Source: Penicillus capitatus (taxonomy: Eukaryota; Plantae; Chlorophyta). From it: DNA of 64,000 nucleotides. The stretch covers positions 477,101 through 541,100 of the forward strand of contig OZ287696.1 of NCBI GenBank assembly GCA_965649825.1, written 5' to 3'. Under the pieces are notes generated by a model, which was not told where the DNA came from, searched no databases, and was given only the letters and a program-made list of their open reading frames with translations. Made by a program: the position numbers and the translations under genes. Below, piece by piece: positions 11,629 through 23,872 of this stretch (within the stretch, counting starts at the first letter, position 1; each line of letters begins with the position of its first letter).

Positions 11629-13082
11629 ATGAGTGAACAATTGGCGTTGGTGTTGGTTGGCGATTTGATGATGGGTCGAGTTGTCGACGCAGCGCTAAGC
11701 AAACACGGTCTGCGCCACGTCTGGGGCAATTTCCAGCCACTCATGAGCGGCGGACTGGCACGCAATCAAATCGTGGCCGGAAACCTCGAATGTGCCAGTG
11801 CGTCTCGCGACTTCGCATCGAACACAGCTTGAGTGAATGGAGATGTGCAGTCACGACACACGAAGAGAAATACGAGAAGGAATTCAATTTCAAGCTATCG
11901 CCGACGAATGCACGTGTCCTGAGGTAGAGGACGAATGAGGGAAGAAGGACTGGTGGATGGCCTGGCTTAGGATGGCGGCATTAGACTACGTGTCATTAGC
12001 CAACAATCACTCCATGGATTTCTTGGCTCCGGGATTGCTGGAGACGCAGCGTGTGCTGGAAGATACCGGCATTGCGTTCTCTGGAGTTGGCAAAAAGAAA
12101 GAGGCCATGATGCCAGCCTATCTCAAAAAAGATGAATATAAGATCGCTTTCTTTTCATTTTCAGATCATTATGACAAATGGGCAGCAACAGACACCGTTA
12201 TCACGCCTTTTCTCAGCTGTTAGATGTTGATACGGCTTTTTGTCATAGGAGACCGGAATTAACTTCATTAATCCAGCAGACTACGATTTGAGTGAATTCA
12301 AGAAACAGCTGAAATTTGCTCGGGAGGAGAAGGGAGCCGATTTCGTGATGGTGTCGATTCATTGGGGTCCAAACTGGTCCTGGCATCCATCCGTCTCTAT
12401 CTGCAACCTGGCACACGATTTCGCCGAAGCGGGCGTAGACCTTGTCTTTGGTCACAGTGCCCATCACATTCAAGCAAGACACGAAAGCTGACGATCTGTA
12501 CCGATTACTGCACGGCAGGGAATTGAGGTCTACAAGGGTGTCCCGATCATTTACGGAGCTGGAAGCTTCGTGGACGACTATGCCCTGGAAAAACTGTATC
12601 GAAACGACCTCGGCTTTCTTTTCTGCGTTCGAATCGACAGAAGAAAAATCCAACAGTTTATATCCCTTACTCCCACGCCTTTCATTACCAAGCTAGAGAT
12701 TGTGCACAGAATCGAGCTGTTGCCAGCCAAGATCGAACACGTTCGACAAGCAGAGGGCGAAGATCCGCCTTACATTTCCAAGGCATATCCCTTCGATGGC
12801 CCAAACAGAGGCAGGAATGACCAGAGCGTGAATGGATGCTGTAGGTGATGCGTGCCGCAGGCGAAGATTACGAATGGTTATCGAAGAAGATGACGCAGCT
12901 GTGTCGTTTCTTCGGCACACAGGTGCGTGCATCTCATCTCATTTCCACCCTCATTATCAAACCCTATCTGCGGTGTTTAGATTGAGGATCGTGGGGAAGA
13001 GAAGGGCATGTGTATCGACATGGCACCGCACGAAATCAAGGTCAAGAAGAAAAACACTCCAAAGCAGTTTCCCGGTCCATAA
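11629..13082 (+). CDS. CapA/PGA_cap-family (poly-gamma-glutamate synthesis-like) metallophosphoesterase-fold protein
   Basis: LVLVGDLMMGR, GNLECAVT, FNFKLSP, VSLANNHSMDF, VSIHWGPN, VDLVFGHSAHHIQGIEVYKG, PIIYGAGSFVDDY. The model has 6 introns, one of them GC-AG (12783-12844). Confidence 0.88.
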
Positions 13083-13099
13083 ACGATCAACTAACCGTT

Positions 13100-13104
13100 T
13101 GTAA
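13100..13104 (+). promoter_or_regulatory. TGTAA chlorophyte-type polyadenylation signal (CapA gene; representative example)
   Basis: TGTAA lies 18 nt after the stop. The same motif follows the stops of YacP (1856-1860, -), SQD2 (20358-20362), MnSOD (27248-27252, -), LysM (30135-30139), ArfGAP (46457-46461) and GTE (50459-50463), and overlaps the stops of FAS2 and the pseudo-helicase. Confidence 0.6.
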
Positions 13105-13276
13105 TGCACATTGTGCAGTATACATATATCGTGCCGAACACGGCATCGGCCCGTTCTGAATGAAACATTTGTGATTTCGTGGCAAACGCGAAATTGCAAA
13201 ACGCGACTGTTTCAAAATCGTTTTGTTTTGTCTTTGCCGCGAATACGAGCATTGTTCCTCGAGTTCAACGCCACCG

Positions 13277-16200
13277 ATGGAGAACAGGCTAAGAAACTAT
13301 AGCAGACTTCTGTCCGGCAAGATCGTGGACGGCATCCGGCCAGATGTGGTGGACAAAAAGATGGACGCCGGTGCGTATGCTATAGAATGCCTTGTATCCC
13401 ATCCGGAACGCAGAGAAGCTTTTGTCTTGGAACGAGACATCGCGCTTTCAAGTGCTGAGCCATTGCCAGTGCGCTCAGAAGATGTTTGTCAGTCGATGGC
13501 GACGGCGGATATTGTACAAACGCCAAGAAGACCTTTCTGTTCCGAGGCGGATATCCTGGTGGAACGAATGTCTGTGACCAGAAGCAACAAAAGCGCCTTT
13601 GATACTGCCCAACGTAAAGTACGTCGTCCTTCGTCTGACCGATGCGGAATGTGGATGCCGCGTAGTTTACCGTGTTTGTTGCGACGAAGTTGACGACAAC
13701 GGACAGCGAAAGGGGCATCGATCACGTGCTTCGTCGTGTGAGCAAACTCAACGGCCACACGGTGGTCGAATTTCGAGACAGGGTCGATTTTAAGCCAAAT
13801 ACCTCAGTCATATACTTCAAGCCAAGCGGTCCACGTTGCCTTGTCGTCAAACAATTCATGGGAACCAGAGCTACCGTGACACCAATAGATACGGAGTTTC
13901 CCGACAGGTTGTTGTTCGAAGGCGACGCGCCGAATGAACCGCCGAGAGTTTGTCTGGAGTCCGTGGATATCAGTTCGATATTGTATCATGCCGTAGAAGA
14001 GCAGCAGTACTCGGATGACGTTAATGACATTCAGACTGAGCGACAGTGTCATCATCATTTGCCAATGTCAACGAGAGGCACGCAGGAAGATGGCAGCTCG
14101 TCTGTCCGCCGTGACCTTCCAACTGCTGACGGCAGAGGGCAGGACGAAGAAAGGGCAAGCACTCTTCAACCGTCAGGTGCACGTACGTGTATAGATCGCT
14201 GTCGGATTCAGGTCGGCTCGTCAACATCAAGATTGGCCCGGGAACCGACGACGTCGGCCGGCGACCGGATGTCTCGTGGTGCTGAGAAACATGCGATGCT
14301 CCGCAACATAGCTCGCCAGTTCACCGTCGAAGAGCTGGTGGACGCTCTGACGGAATGCTTTCCGCGCGATGATGTGCGACGGGCGTTTGAGACGGCAGAG
14401 CGTCAAACCACGGCGAGCATAGTGGCCGCGACATCATTAGATGACCAGAGCGTACAAGAAGAACGTCCGTTCAAGATGGCGTCTCGTGTGGAGATGCATA
14501 GACAGAGCTCTGTGGACATACTCGATCCCCTTTTCTGTCTAACAGAGTCAGCTGCATCGATAACTGAGGAAACGAGAGATGCAGCTAAGAGTCTATCCAA
14601 TCCCCCGGCGAAAATGACACGCACGTCGATATTCGCTGGGGACGGAATGGAGCATCGTTCACAAGCAGAGACAGAGGAATGGGGGCGCCCAGATGACGCG
14701 CTCTCCAAACGACACTATGAGAAAAAGGACATTGACGCACGTGTGATATGCCACCGTATTGACAGTTCCTCGTTGATGGATGAAAAATCTGTTGCGGAAA
14801 CAGCAAAAACGGGGCCAGAGGAAAGCACATGGTCGACAAAGATCGGAAGATCGAGTGTTACCACACTTCAGGATGGCGCTGGACCTTCGTCGAAGGGCTC
14901 TCAGCAGAGATCTATTTTGCCACTAAAACTGAAAAAGCGATCGGAGAATAGACACAAACCGTGTCTGGAAGATGAGATGTCAGATTCGACATCTTCAACA
15001 GGCGATGAGAAACCGCCGTGTCCCACAAACGTGAAAACCCCAAACGACGACGATGCCCAACTTCTACAATATGCAGAGTATGGCGTCAGCTCCTATGTAC
15101 GACAGAGGAGCACATTCTAATTGATTGTTCTAGGGACGCTCAAAGAAGCCAGCAGAAGATGGCCGTCCTCGTCAGGGGACAGGACGATGGTGAACGCGTG
15201 GAAAAACTGCTGGAATCATATAACGCTGTTTACTTTCCACCGTAATGGCCCTTACACGCTCGATGCATGCAACAATCTTGATACAGGGGAGCACTGAACG
15301 ACAGCAAGTTTGATAGGTTGCTCGACAAGCATAATATCTTGATTACGATGCCTTCCGTTTGGAAGAAGCTGTCAAGGGAGCGCCATCTGCCAAAAGTCAA
15401 ATATCTTGTAAGATTCAAGAGATCCGATAACCGATTTATGCAGATGTGCTGTCCGGTGGTAGGTGGATGTGTCCAACGGATATCATAGAGAGTGTCTTGA
15501 AGAGATCGTCAGGATCTATTCACAGCTAAGGTTTGAGGTAGAAACGAATATCAAGGTCGTGTGCATTCTCTTATTAACAGTATGGATGACGAGATTCTTG
15601 ACTTTTAGATGATAGACGTTAATCGATCAACGCCGAGCCTTTCTGGCACATCCACATCTGTCACAAAGCCTAAGACTCCATCCACAAGAACTCTTGTCCA
15701 CACGAACATAGAAGACAGAGCGAAGGAATTGAACTCCGAAACAGAATCGTTCATTGAACGCGCTGCAACTCTTCCACAGTTGCAGACCCAGGGAGACGAC
15801 AAGGGTCCACATAAAGAGTACGTTATCAACCTTTCGGAAGAAATACATCAAGTTGTCGAAGACACGAAGAACACAGTAAAACGCTTGATTGGACACGTGA
15901 ATCGGAATCTTCGGGAAATAGGTTTGTTCAACTAAGTTTATGCCGTTCTGATTGCATGGACGTTTGTTTTTCTCGTAGGCATCCAACCAGTCGATGCAAC
16001 GATTAGTAACGAGCGTGTCTCTATTGCTTTCGATGGAGCTGTGAAAAACTGGGCATCAAAGACAGAGAAGAACATCAAAGGGCTGCGAGAGAGAGATCTG
16101 AAACAATTTGAAGATTGCCTCAACCTCGTTATGTGTCTATCTGAAAGTACTATTCTCATTCCCTTTAGCGGGATAAAGTACGTAAGAACAGTCATCAAGT

Positions 16201-16688
16201 CCCAAACAGAAGATCTGCAGCCAGAGTTGAAGCAAAATTGGATTCCCCAAAGGTTGCAAGAAAACGACAGAATTCATCGAGATATTGACGACGACTGCAA
16301 ATGTTTTGCTAAATTAGTAAGTCTGTTACTAAAGTTCGAGAATTGTCCTAATTTTCATGCTGTTCTATACACACACTCTGCTGGGTGTATGGTTTCGATC
16401 GAGACTTTGCTTTCAAACCATCCTTCCTTGTCCTGGCTCACCGTCACCAAGCAGTGTACAAAGAGCGGTGATCGGAGGTACAGAATGTCAAAAACGGAAA
16501 GAGAAAAGCATGTCAGAACCTTTGTCAAAAGCGAAAAGGCGTTGTTGATTCTTACCGGCGCCTACAGAGATGTTTCGAACGATGGAGTTGACATTAATGC
16601 TGTCTATTTCTATGGAGTGCCTAAAGCAAAGCATAACGAGTACTCTCTGCCCGACAGAGTATTCACCATTGCACACGATCTTATGTAA
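13277..16688 (+). CDS. About 1000-aa protein: unknown N-terminal region, long disordered linker and a degenerate (inactive) DEAD-box-like two-RecA-domain module
   Basis: Seven-exon all-GT-AG in-frame model: 13277-13618, 13690-15077, 15134-15241, 15287-15407, 15463-15537, 15609-15921, 15980-16688. It yields MAVLVRGQDDGERVEKLL...NILITMPSVWKKL...LPKVKYLVDVSNGYHRECLEEIVRIYSQL and AVLYTHS...MSKTEREKHVRTFVKSEKALLILTG...GVDINAVYFYGVP. Confidence 0.65.
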
Positions 16689-17088
16689 CGATTAATTCGC
16701 AAGTGCCGTGCCAAGAAAGAACACTTGTTAGATCACACATCTTATGGCCTGATTGTTTGGTAGCGTATATCGATTGTGTTTAAGGTATTTGTCTCTCCCC
16801 TTTTCAGTCCATTTTTGGCTGCACATCTACAGAATGTCAGTTTGCCCTCGATGAGAACGAGCAGAAGTCCTATGCGCTTTCTCTTTTTCAAGTTACTAGA
16901 ACTTTGGAATTTCCTCAGTGCTCAGTATTGATTTGTTGCGCAGGCCACGAAATGATCGTTATTAGTACTATCAAAATGGGAAAGGATGATGATGAATGAC
17001 GAATCATGGGATGGATGTATCGAGAACTAGTTATTCTAGTTTTGTAAGGATGGATGGTTAGACTGCAATGAAAAACCGTGCCAGAGTA

Positions 17089-18340
17089 TCACACATGCTG
17101 CAGCGTCCAATCCAACGTTAGTTCTACGATTTTCTCATGTCCTGGTTCTTTTAGCAAAAAATGCCACATATCATTGACTTCCTCAAATCTCTTGTCAGAT
17201 GCCTGTGAACCAACGATAGATTGACAGAAGGTATATGGGAGATGTGAGAAATGGAGAGTACTTTGGACAGGTCCATCAATTTCTGAGATCCCTCAAAGTC
17301 TGTCATCTCATCCTCTCTGCTGTGCACGACCAGAAATGGAAACGACATGTTGGGCATTTCTTTCAGGGTCATCTCGGTTGCTCTCAAATACTCTGTTGAC
17401 GTCCGAGCTCTCGCATAGTGATGAAAGCACAGCGGATCTGAAGACAGCAGAAGTTGAGTAAGCGGTAGAAATGCACTCCGAATCCTCTTCTACCATTATC
17501 GAAGGCCTCTTGAATCTCTGGGAATTTATCGTTCTTTGCTGTTTTCGCGACGCACAGGTATGGTGTAAGGGTGCTCAGCACAGATGCTAACGGCCTAGAA
17601 TCAGCAAACTGTCATAGAAGGATGCAGTTATGTTCGAGTCACATCACCGCAGATAACGATTCACTCCTTGCTGAGTGATCTTCTCCAATGACAACATCGG
17701 AGCTAATAGCACGGCCCCTTTGAACAAGGCACCCTAAACACCCAACAGACCCTGAGCTGTATCTACAGGAGAAAGTCCGTTGTTACCCTCTGATGGATAG
17801 CATTGACAGCAATACATCCACCTAGACTGGCTCCTAATATGACAATTGACAAACCGCTGAATCCTGGCAAATCTTCTCCCGTGTTGACATCCCTGGTGGG
17901 ACAGCATTGCTTGCAACAGAGGCCAGATGATGATGGTCTCACTCCACGAAGTGCAGGAGATCGTCGACTAGGTCTTGAAAGCGATTGACATAACATCGCG
18001 CATTGTTCAGACTACTCGACAATCCATGTCCTTGGAAATCCAAACCGCACACAGACAAGCCACGTTTGTTCGCCTGCTCGACAAACGACTCTGTATAGGA
18101 AAACTGTCCCGGCGTAGTCTACACAACACGTCTGCAGAAGCATTTGGGATACCGACCGGCACACACCGAATGTTTCAAGTAATCGAATCCCATATGTGCT
18201 CCATGTCCGTGGACGGCGACGATGACGCCACAGGGCTTCTCTGATGGCCAGAAGTAGCGGCAGAGCTGGATTCCTCGGGGATTCTCTCGATACTGTACAA
18301 AGCCTTTTGGACCGAGTGCTGTTTCGTTCGGCACGTCCAT
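17089..18340 (-). CDS. Monoacylglycerol lipase/lysophospholipase (Hydrolase_4 alpha/beta hydrolase)
   Basis: VIVAVHGHGAH, LDFQGHGLS, nucleophile elbow ILGASLGG, FLVVHSREDEMTD (Asp), MWHFLLKEPG (His). Confidence 0.9.
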
Positions 18341-18478
18341 TTTCTAGAGGTACGTGCAGACGTTGGTTGTCAGTGCACTTGACATCTGTCACATCATGAT
18401 GATCTCCCATGTCGAACGAAGATTCTTCTGGGATTCTTTGAACGGCCTGATCGCCTGTTGCTCATTAGACGCAGTCGA

Positions 18479-20201
18479 ATGATGCTTCCGAAGACGCTGA
18501 GCGTGGGTACGTCGCTGCGGACCCCGCCTTTCGATATCCACGACCGATGCCGCGTCTGTCAACTGACGCTATCCCATTCGACTCCCAAACGCAGGCCTAT
18601 TGCCAAATGTAAACTTCAGCCGCCGTCAGTAGTTCAGATGTCGCAGTATGGTGCCATCCAGTGACGCCTTTGCCCATTCGAACGAACCGTTCGCTAAAGA
18701 AGGAGAGAATCGTTCGTCTCCAGTCCATGTCGGGCTCGACCCACGCATCCAATCAAAATGTCCCCAAGAGAATTGCGATTCTTGTTGAGCCTTCTCCTTT
18801 CACCTATGTCTCTGGATACAAAAATCGATTCTGCAATACGATCAAGCATCTGGTGGAGGCGGGATGCGAAGTGATGGTTGTGACCACAGGTACAGCACAT
18901 AATGTTGATGAAGTGACGGCTGCATCATCTGTGATGCATACAGGTCGAGGGTTTAAGTGGCCAGGGGCTGACAGTTCTGCCATGAAAGATGCGCCGGAAA
19001 CATATTATGGCGCACAGGTGGTCAATAGCTACAGCTTTGGATTTCCGTTCTATCCACAATTGCCTTTGACCCTCGGTCTCTCTCCACGAATCTACAAAAA
19101 ATTGGCAGACTTCAAACCAGATATTATTCATTGCAGTACACCTGGTTTCCTGGTGTTCGCTGCATGGGTCTACTCAAAGTTGCTCAAAGTGCCTCTGGCG
19201 CTGTCTTACCACACACATGTCCCAAAGTATGCGCCAAAATACAATGTGGCCTTTTTGGTGCCGCTGCTTTGGACTCTCATTCGCATGATGCACACCGCTG
19301 CTCAACTGACACTCCTCACGAGCACGTTGATGCAGAAGGAATTCCGTTCTGAGAAAGCCGCCCCAGACGAGACACTACACGTCTGTCTTCTCGCCCAGTG
19401 TGATTGGATGCATGTATGAGAGATGTGTGATTAGGTGTGGCGCAAGGGAGTGGATACAGAGGTCTTCCATCCTCGGTTCCGTTCTCCAGAGATGCGTAAG
19501 AGGCTGACAGATGGTCATCCCGAAGATCCAGTGATGGTTTATGTCGGCCGCCTTGGTAGTGAAAAGAACTTGACCTTTCTCAAAGCAATTATGGCACGTC
19601 TGCCACATCTACGTCTGGCCTTCGTTGGCGATGGGCCCTCAAGGGAAGAACTCGAATCCTCCTTTGCCGGAACGAAGACGGTGTTCATGGGAATGCTGCA
19701 TGGAGAAGAGCTATCGGCCGCTTATGCCAGTGCCGATGTCTTTGTCATGCCGTCCGAGACAGAAACACTTGGTTTTGTGGTAATGGAGGCCATGGCTTCA
19801 CAGATACCTGTCGTGGCTGTTCGAGCTGGCGGTATTCCGGACATCATCGATGATAAACGTACTCGTTTGTTGCTACACACATTTCTGTCAGGGGTTCTGG
19901 TGTAGAGAAGGGCGGATTTCTCTATGACTCTGGTGATGTGACAGCAGCAACGTCGCTGGTTCAGTCACTCATCGAAAATGAAGACTACAGGTGAGGCGTG
20001 ATGACGTGACAGGCTGTATAACGGATGTGATTGTGTAGAATGAAAATGGGCATGGAAGCGCGTGCACAAGTGCAACGATGGGACTGGAGAGCAGCAACCA
20101 TGCATTTGCTGACAGTGCTGTACCCCATGGCTATCGCCCGATTCAAAGAACAAGCTGCCGAAAATCAGACAATGCCAAACCCTGCTCCTGCGGCAATCTG
20201 A
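18479..20201 (+). CDS. SQD2: Sulfoquinovosyltransferase (sulfolipid synthase, GT4)
   Basis: RIAILVEPSPFTYVSGYKNRF, SYHTHVPKY, WRKGVDTEVFHP, YVGRLGSEKN, FVGDGP, FVMPSETETLGFVVMEAMAS, RWDWRAAT. A transit-peptide-like first exon starts at 18479. Confidence 0.95.
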
Positions 20202-20451
20202 TACAGAATAGAGCCCACGATCCATTCTTTGCTTCTTAGGAAATCCTTCACCGAATTTCAGATTTTCCTTTCGTTGCTGAATGTCTTCCGTGTGATGATC
20301 TGCAGGTGTGATGTATTGGCAATGACAAACAAAGATCAAATATGCAACAGCGGTTTATGTAAGAGGCTGGATGGTATTGCCGGCAGACAGAGAGCAGCAT
20401 CATTGACAGAACAGGTTCAGCAACGGACAGCATTCCTCTACGAGAGCCTGT

Positions 20452-22622
20452 TTATTTGAGAAGACTCTTGACAACGCTCTTGACATGAAGACGCTTCAAA
20501 TCGACGTAGGTCTGGCCGCATCCGACGAACACAATAGGCGCCCCAGAGGTGTAGACCATGGAACAGGCTGCCCCAACCTATCATCCATCATTCATGTCAT
20601 CGCAAAGGGGAGTGTATGGAAAACGCGAGTACTTTGTCGTCAATGGTATCAAACTTGGTCAACACGATTCCGTCGATCAAGTGTGGCTTCACACTTCGGG
20701 AGAGGTCTGCCAAGCGCTGGTTGAATTTCGTCAGCTGATCGACGGCATCGTTGCCAACGAGGGCCTCTCCCACAAACAGCACCAAATCAGGCTCGTTCAA
20801 GTTGATTAGACCAGAAAGGGCACGCATCAACGGTTCATTGTCTTGCATGCGACCTGAAGGAACAGTGCGTTCGAGACTCAAGGGCCTGCCTGTCACATCA
20901 AAGGGTCTACCCGCTGTGTCGACCAGAAGGACATCGATGCCTTTGTTCTGTGCTTCTCGAGTGGCCTCAAATGCAACCTTGGCAGGATCTTTCTCGTAGC
21001 CCCTTTCAAAGAGTGGGACTTGGAGACGCTGGCAGTGAGTACGAAGCTGTTCGACAGCTCCTGCACGGAAAGTATCGCAGGCCGCAATCATCACCTACGA
21101 TCGTTCATTGTCTTCGGAACAGATAGTGCCGACAGAGACAGGTATACCTTGTTTTTGTTTTGCAGCAACCAGTAGGCAATTTTGGCCAAGTTTGTCGATT
21201 TGCCCACCCCATTAACACCGACGAATACAATGACGTAGGGTTTTGCCCTAGCCCTCGTGCGTTCGATCTCTGCCAGGATATTGATCGATCTCTTGGGTGT
21301 CAAGATGCGTTCCAATGCTTCGCCAAAGGCGCTTACAACGGCAGAAGAGACACCTGTAAAGCTCTGGAGTTTCTGTCCCTCCAAATTGAGCGCCACAGAT
21401 TCACACAGTCTACACACAGCATAACACTCAACCTTTGCTGCTAACAAGGTATCATACTTTTCTGCAATCTCCTGCGCCACATTGCGCTCCATGAGCTTGC
21501 GTTTCATGCTGTCCAGTGCATTCTGGAAATCATCTCTCTTTAAGGCGTTACTGCCCATGACGTTTACAGAGATTCCGCGCCAAAAGGAAGACAGCATTCC
21601 TGAAGATGGCTTTCCTGGTTTCTCTTCCTCCTCCGCAATCTCGATATCCGAATCGTCCGTTTCTTCCATTCGACTCACGTCTTTCAAATCTAATGCCTCT
21701 TCCACTCTTGCATTGCCATTAACAGAGTAGTCCAGTTTCTTAACATCAGACGTCTCCGCCCAAACCCGTTTTTCTTTTTTCTTTGCCGTGGTGGCAGATG
21801 GTTTCTCCTTCTCTTTGGTAGTTTTGCTCCGAGCGACAGTGGTTTTGTTGTTGCCACGCATTCCTTTTCCCTTGAGCTTGCTCACATCAAACGCCGAGTC
21901 TTCCTGAACATATCCATCCTCTCAGGTCATGAACTGTCACATCCATCAGAGTATCAAAGATTACTGATGATCTTTCGTGTGTCGGAGGAGAGACATCGCG
22001 GCTGTTCGTGTCTGCCGTGATGCCATCCTCCTCATCCTCGTCCGTTTTTTCTTGTGTCGTGTCCGCCTTGACGCCATGACTTGTTGCATTTTTCTACATC
22101 CACACACTCGTCTCGTCAGTCTTCGGCCAATTCATGGCCAGACAGACCTTAATATTGACATGAGGTCGGTTTTTAAGTGTGAGATGTTGCTTTCGTTTTA
22201 CATCAACTTCCATCTCACACTTTTTTAAGACTTTCCTGAACGTGTCTTCAAACGCATCGTAGCGACTAATGTCGGGTTTATAGACGACAGCAAATTCATC
22301 GCGTATTTTTTCGAGAAGCGCATCGACGTACAGCAGCGACAACGCTTTTTGATACACAGCTACGAATACCAAGCTGAGTCCCTGTCGAACGCACACCATC
22401 GGCTCATGCATCGCGGTAGTGCATGCATACATTATGAAAACTCCATTTGAGGGTGTATGGTGCGCCTTGGGTAGGCGCATAGTCGTAGCTGTCGCTTCCC
22501 GCACGGTCTTCCAACAAGCAGTCTCGAATGAGCGACCCTACGGGGTCACCACGGAGCGCCGCCAACTGAAACGTCCATAGCAATGCACCGCCGCGTGTAA
22601 AAATCGCAAAGTAGTCTAGCAT
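20452..22622 (-). CDS. SRPRA: Signal recognition particle receptor alpha subunit
   Basis: [16 protein letters not shown] (SRX domain), [66 protein letters not shown]. Confidence 0.96.
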
Positions 22623-22694
22623 GGTGGCGTCGGTGAGCAAATTCACTGCGCAGCTGCACAAACATACCCATCGAATGATTCCGAGTCTTTATTC

Positions 22695-23774
22695 ATGTAT
22701 GGAGCATGGACCGGCGTCGCCCTCGGAGCGCTGTTTTGGCTGTGGCGCCGAGCGCGGAGAAGAAGACAACGCGAACAGGAACAGAATCGCCGTGCCCATC
22801 TGCCTGCGAACAACGACCTCTCGGAAGCGACGTCTCTAGTCGTCACGAACGCTCAGAACGTTGAACTGCATGTGCGGCTCTGGGAGGCCCAGACAGCAGA
22901 AGGCGTCGTCCTTGCCATCCATACCTTTGCATGGAACTCAGCATGCTTTGCCGAATTGGCTGAGACATTGAAACCGCGCCATTTCAACGTGGTTGCCTAC
23001 GATTTGCAAGGACACGGATGCAGTGGCAGCAACGAAAACACGCGGGGCGATCTGCGCCGATTCGATCATTTCTTAACGGATGCTGAAAAGCTCATTCACT
23101 TTACGAAGCAGACGTATCCCCAACTGCCTCTGTTTGTATTGGGAGACGGATTTGGAGCCACACTAGCCCTACACGTGGCCCTTCGATCAGATCGGCAGAT
23201 TCAAGGCTTGGTGCTATGCGGACCTTATGTACTGCCAGATCTCGATCAGCACCCGCCCAGTCATATCACTCCCGTGCTCTTCGCTTTGCAGAAGCTCCTC
23301 CCAGATCTGAGGATTTCGACAGTGGAAATGGGAAAGAACCCGGTTCATCGAGAAACGGACCCCCCATTGCAGTCACCAACACTGCGGTTTTTCGTAAGGG
23401 CACACCGATCGCTGAAGCATCTTAGAAAACGCGTGCATCAACTGAAATGTCCTTTTATCACCTTACATGCCGCCTGTGACCCAAGAGCTTCGTCTCAGCA
23501 TTCGAGAGAGCTCTTCTCCAGAGCCAAATCCCAAGAGAAGACGCTCATGATCTATGACAACAAGCATAGCTGCCTGTTCGGAGAGAACGAAGAAGATCGA
23601 AGTCATGTGATGACGGATATTCTTGCATGGCTGGATGCCAGAACGCATGCCTTCGAGCGATCGCCTCGAGCCGAACAACCACCACAGAGAGAAGCAATAC
23701 CCTCCACTTCTGAATGTTCTATTTCCAAACGTCAGCAACGATTCCTCGATCTCATGAGTCGCAATGGTTTCTGA
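22695..23774 (+). CDS. Membrane-anchored Hydrolase_4 family protein lacking the catalytic serine (pseudo-lipase), intronless
   Basis: N-terminal TM followed by an Arg-rich stretch; VAYDLQGHGCS, FDHFLTD. The elbow reads LFVLGDGFG instead of GxSxG. Asp (LHAACD) and His (NKHSCL) are retained. Confidence 0.82.
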   Translation: MYGAWTGVALGALFWLWRRARRRRQREQEQNRRAHLPANNDLSEATSLVVTNAQNVELHVRLWEAQTAEGVVLAIHTFAWNSACFAELAETLKPRHFNVVAYDLQGHGCSGSNENTRGDLRRFDHFLTDAEKLIHFTKQTYPQLPLFVLGDGFGATLALHVALRSDRQIQGLVLCGPYVLPDLDQHPPSHITPVLFALQKLLPDLRISTVEMGKNPVHRETDPPLQSPTLRFFVRAHRSLKHLRKRVHQLKCPFITLHAACDPRASSQHSRELFSRAKSQEKTLMIYDNKHSCLFGENEEDRSHVMTDILAWLDARTHAFERSPRAEQPPQREAIPSTSECSISKRQQRFLDLMSRNGF

Positions 23775-23872
23775 ACGTTGCTTTAATGAGTTAAACGATT
23801 GCGTTTTTCTTTATTTTGGAGATCGTACGAGGATGACTGGATCAATTATTGCATTGACGGACGACGACGACG

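Noticed and set aside
15582-15611. In-frame TAG immediately followed by ATG (stop read-through or two abutting genes)
   Set aside because: A phase-0 intron at 15538-15608 (GAG|GTAGAA...TTTTAG|ATG) removes the TAG and joins the two RecA-like halves, which is the simpler explanation.
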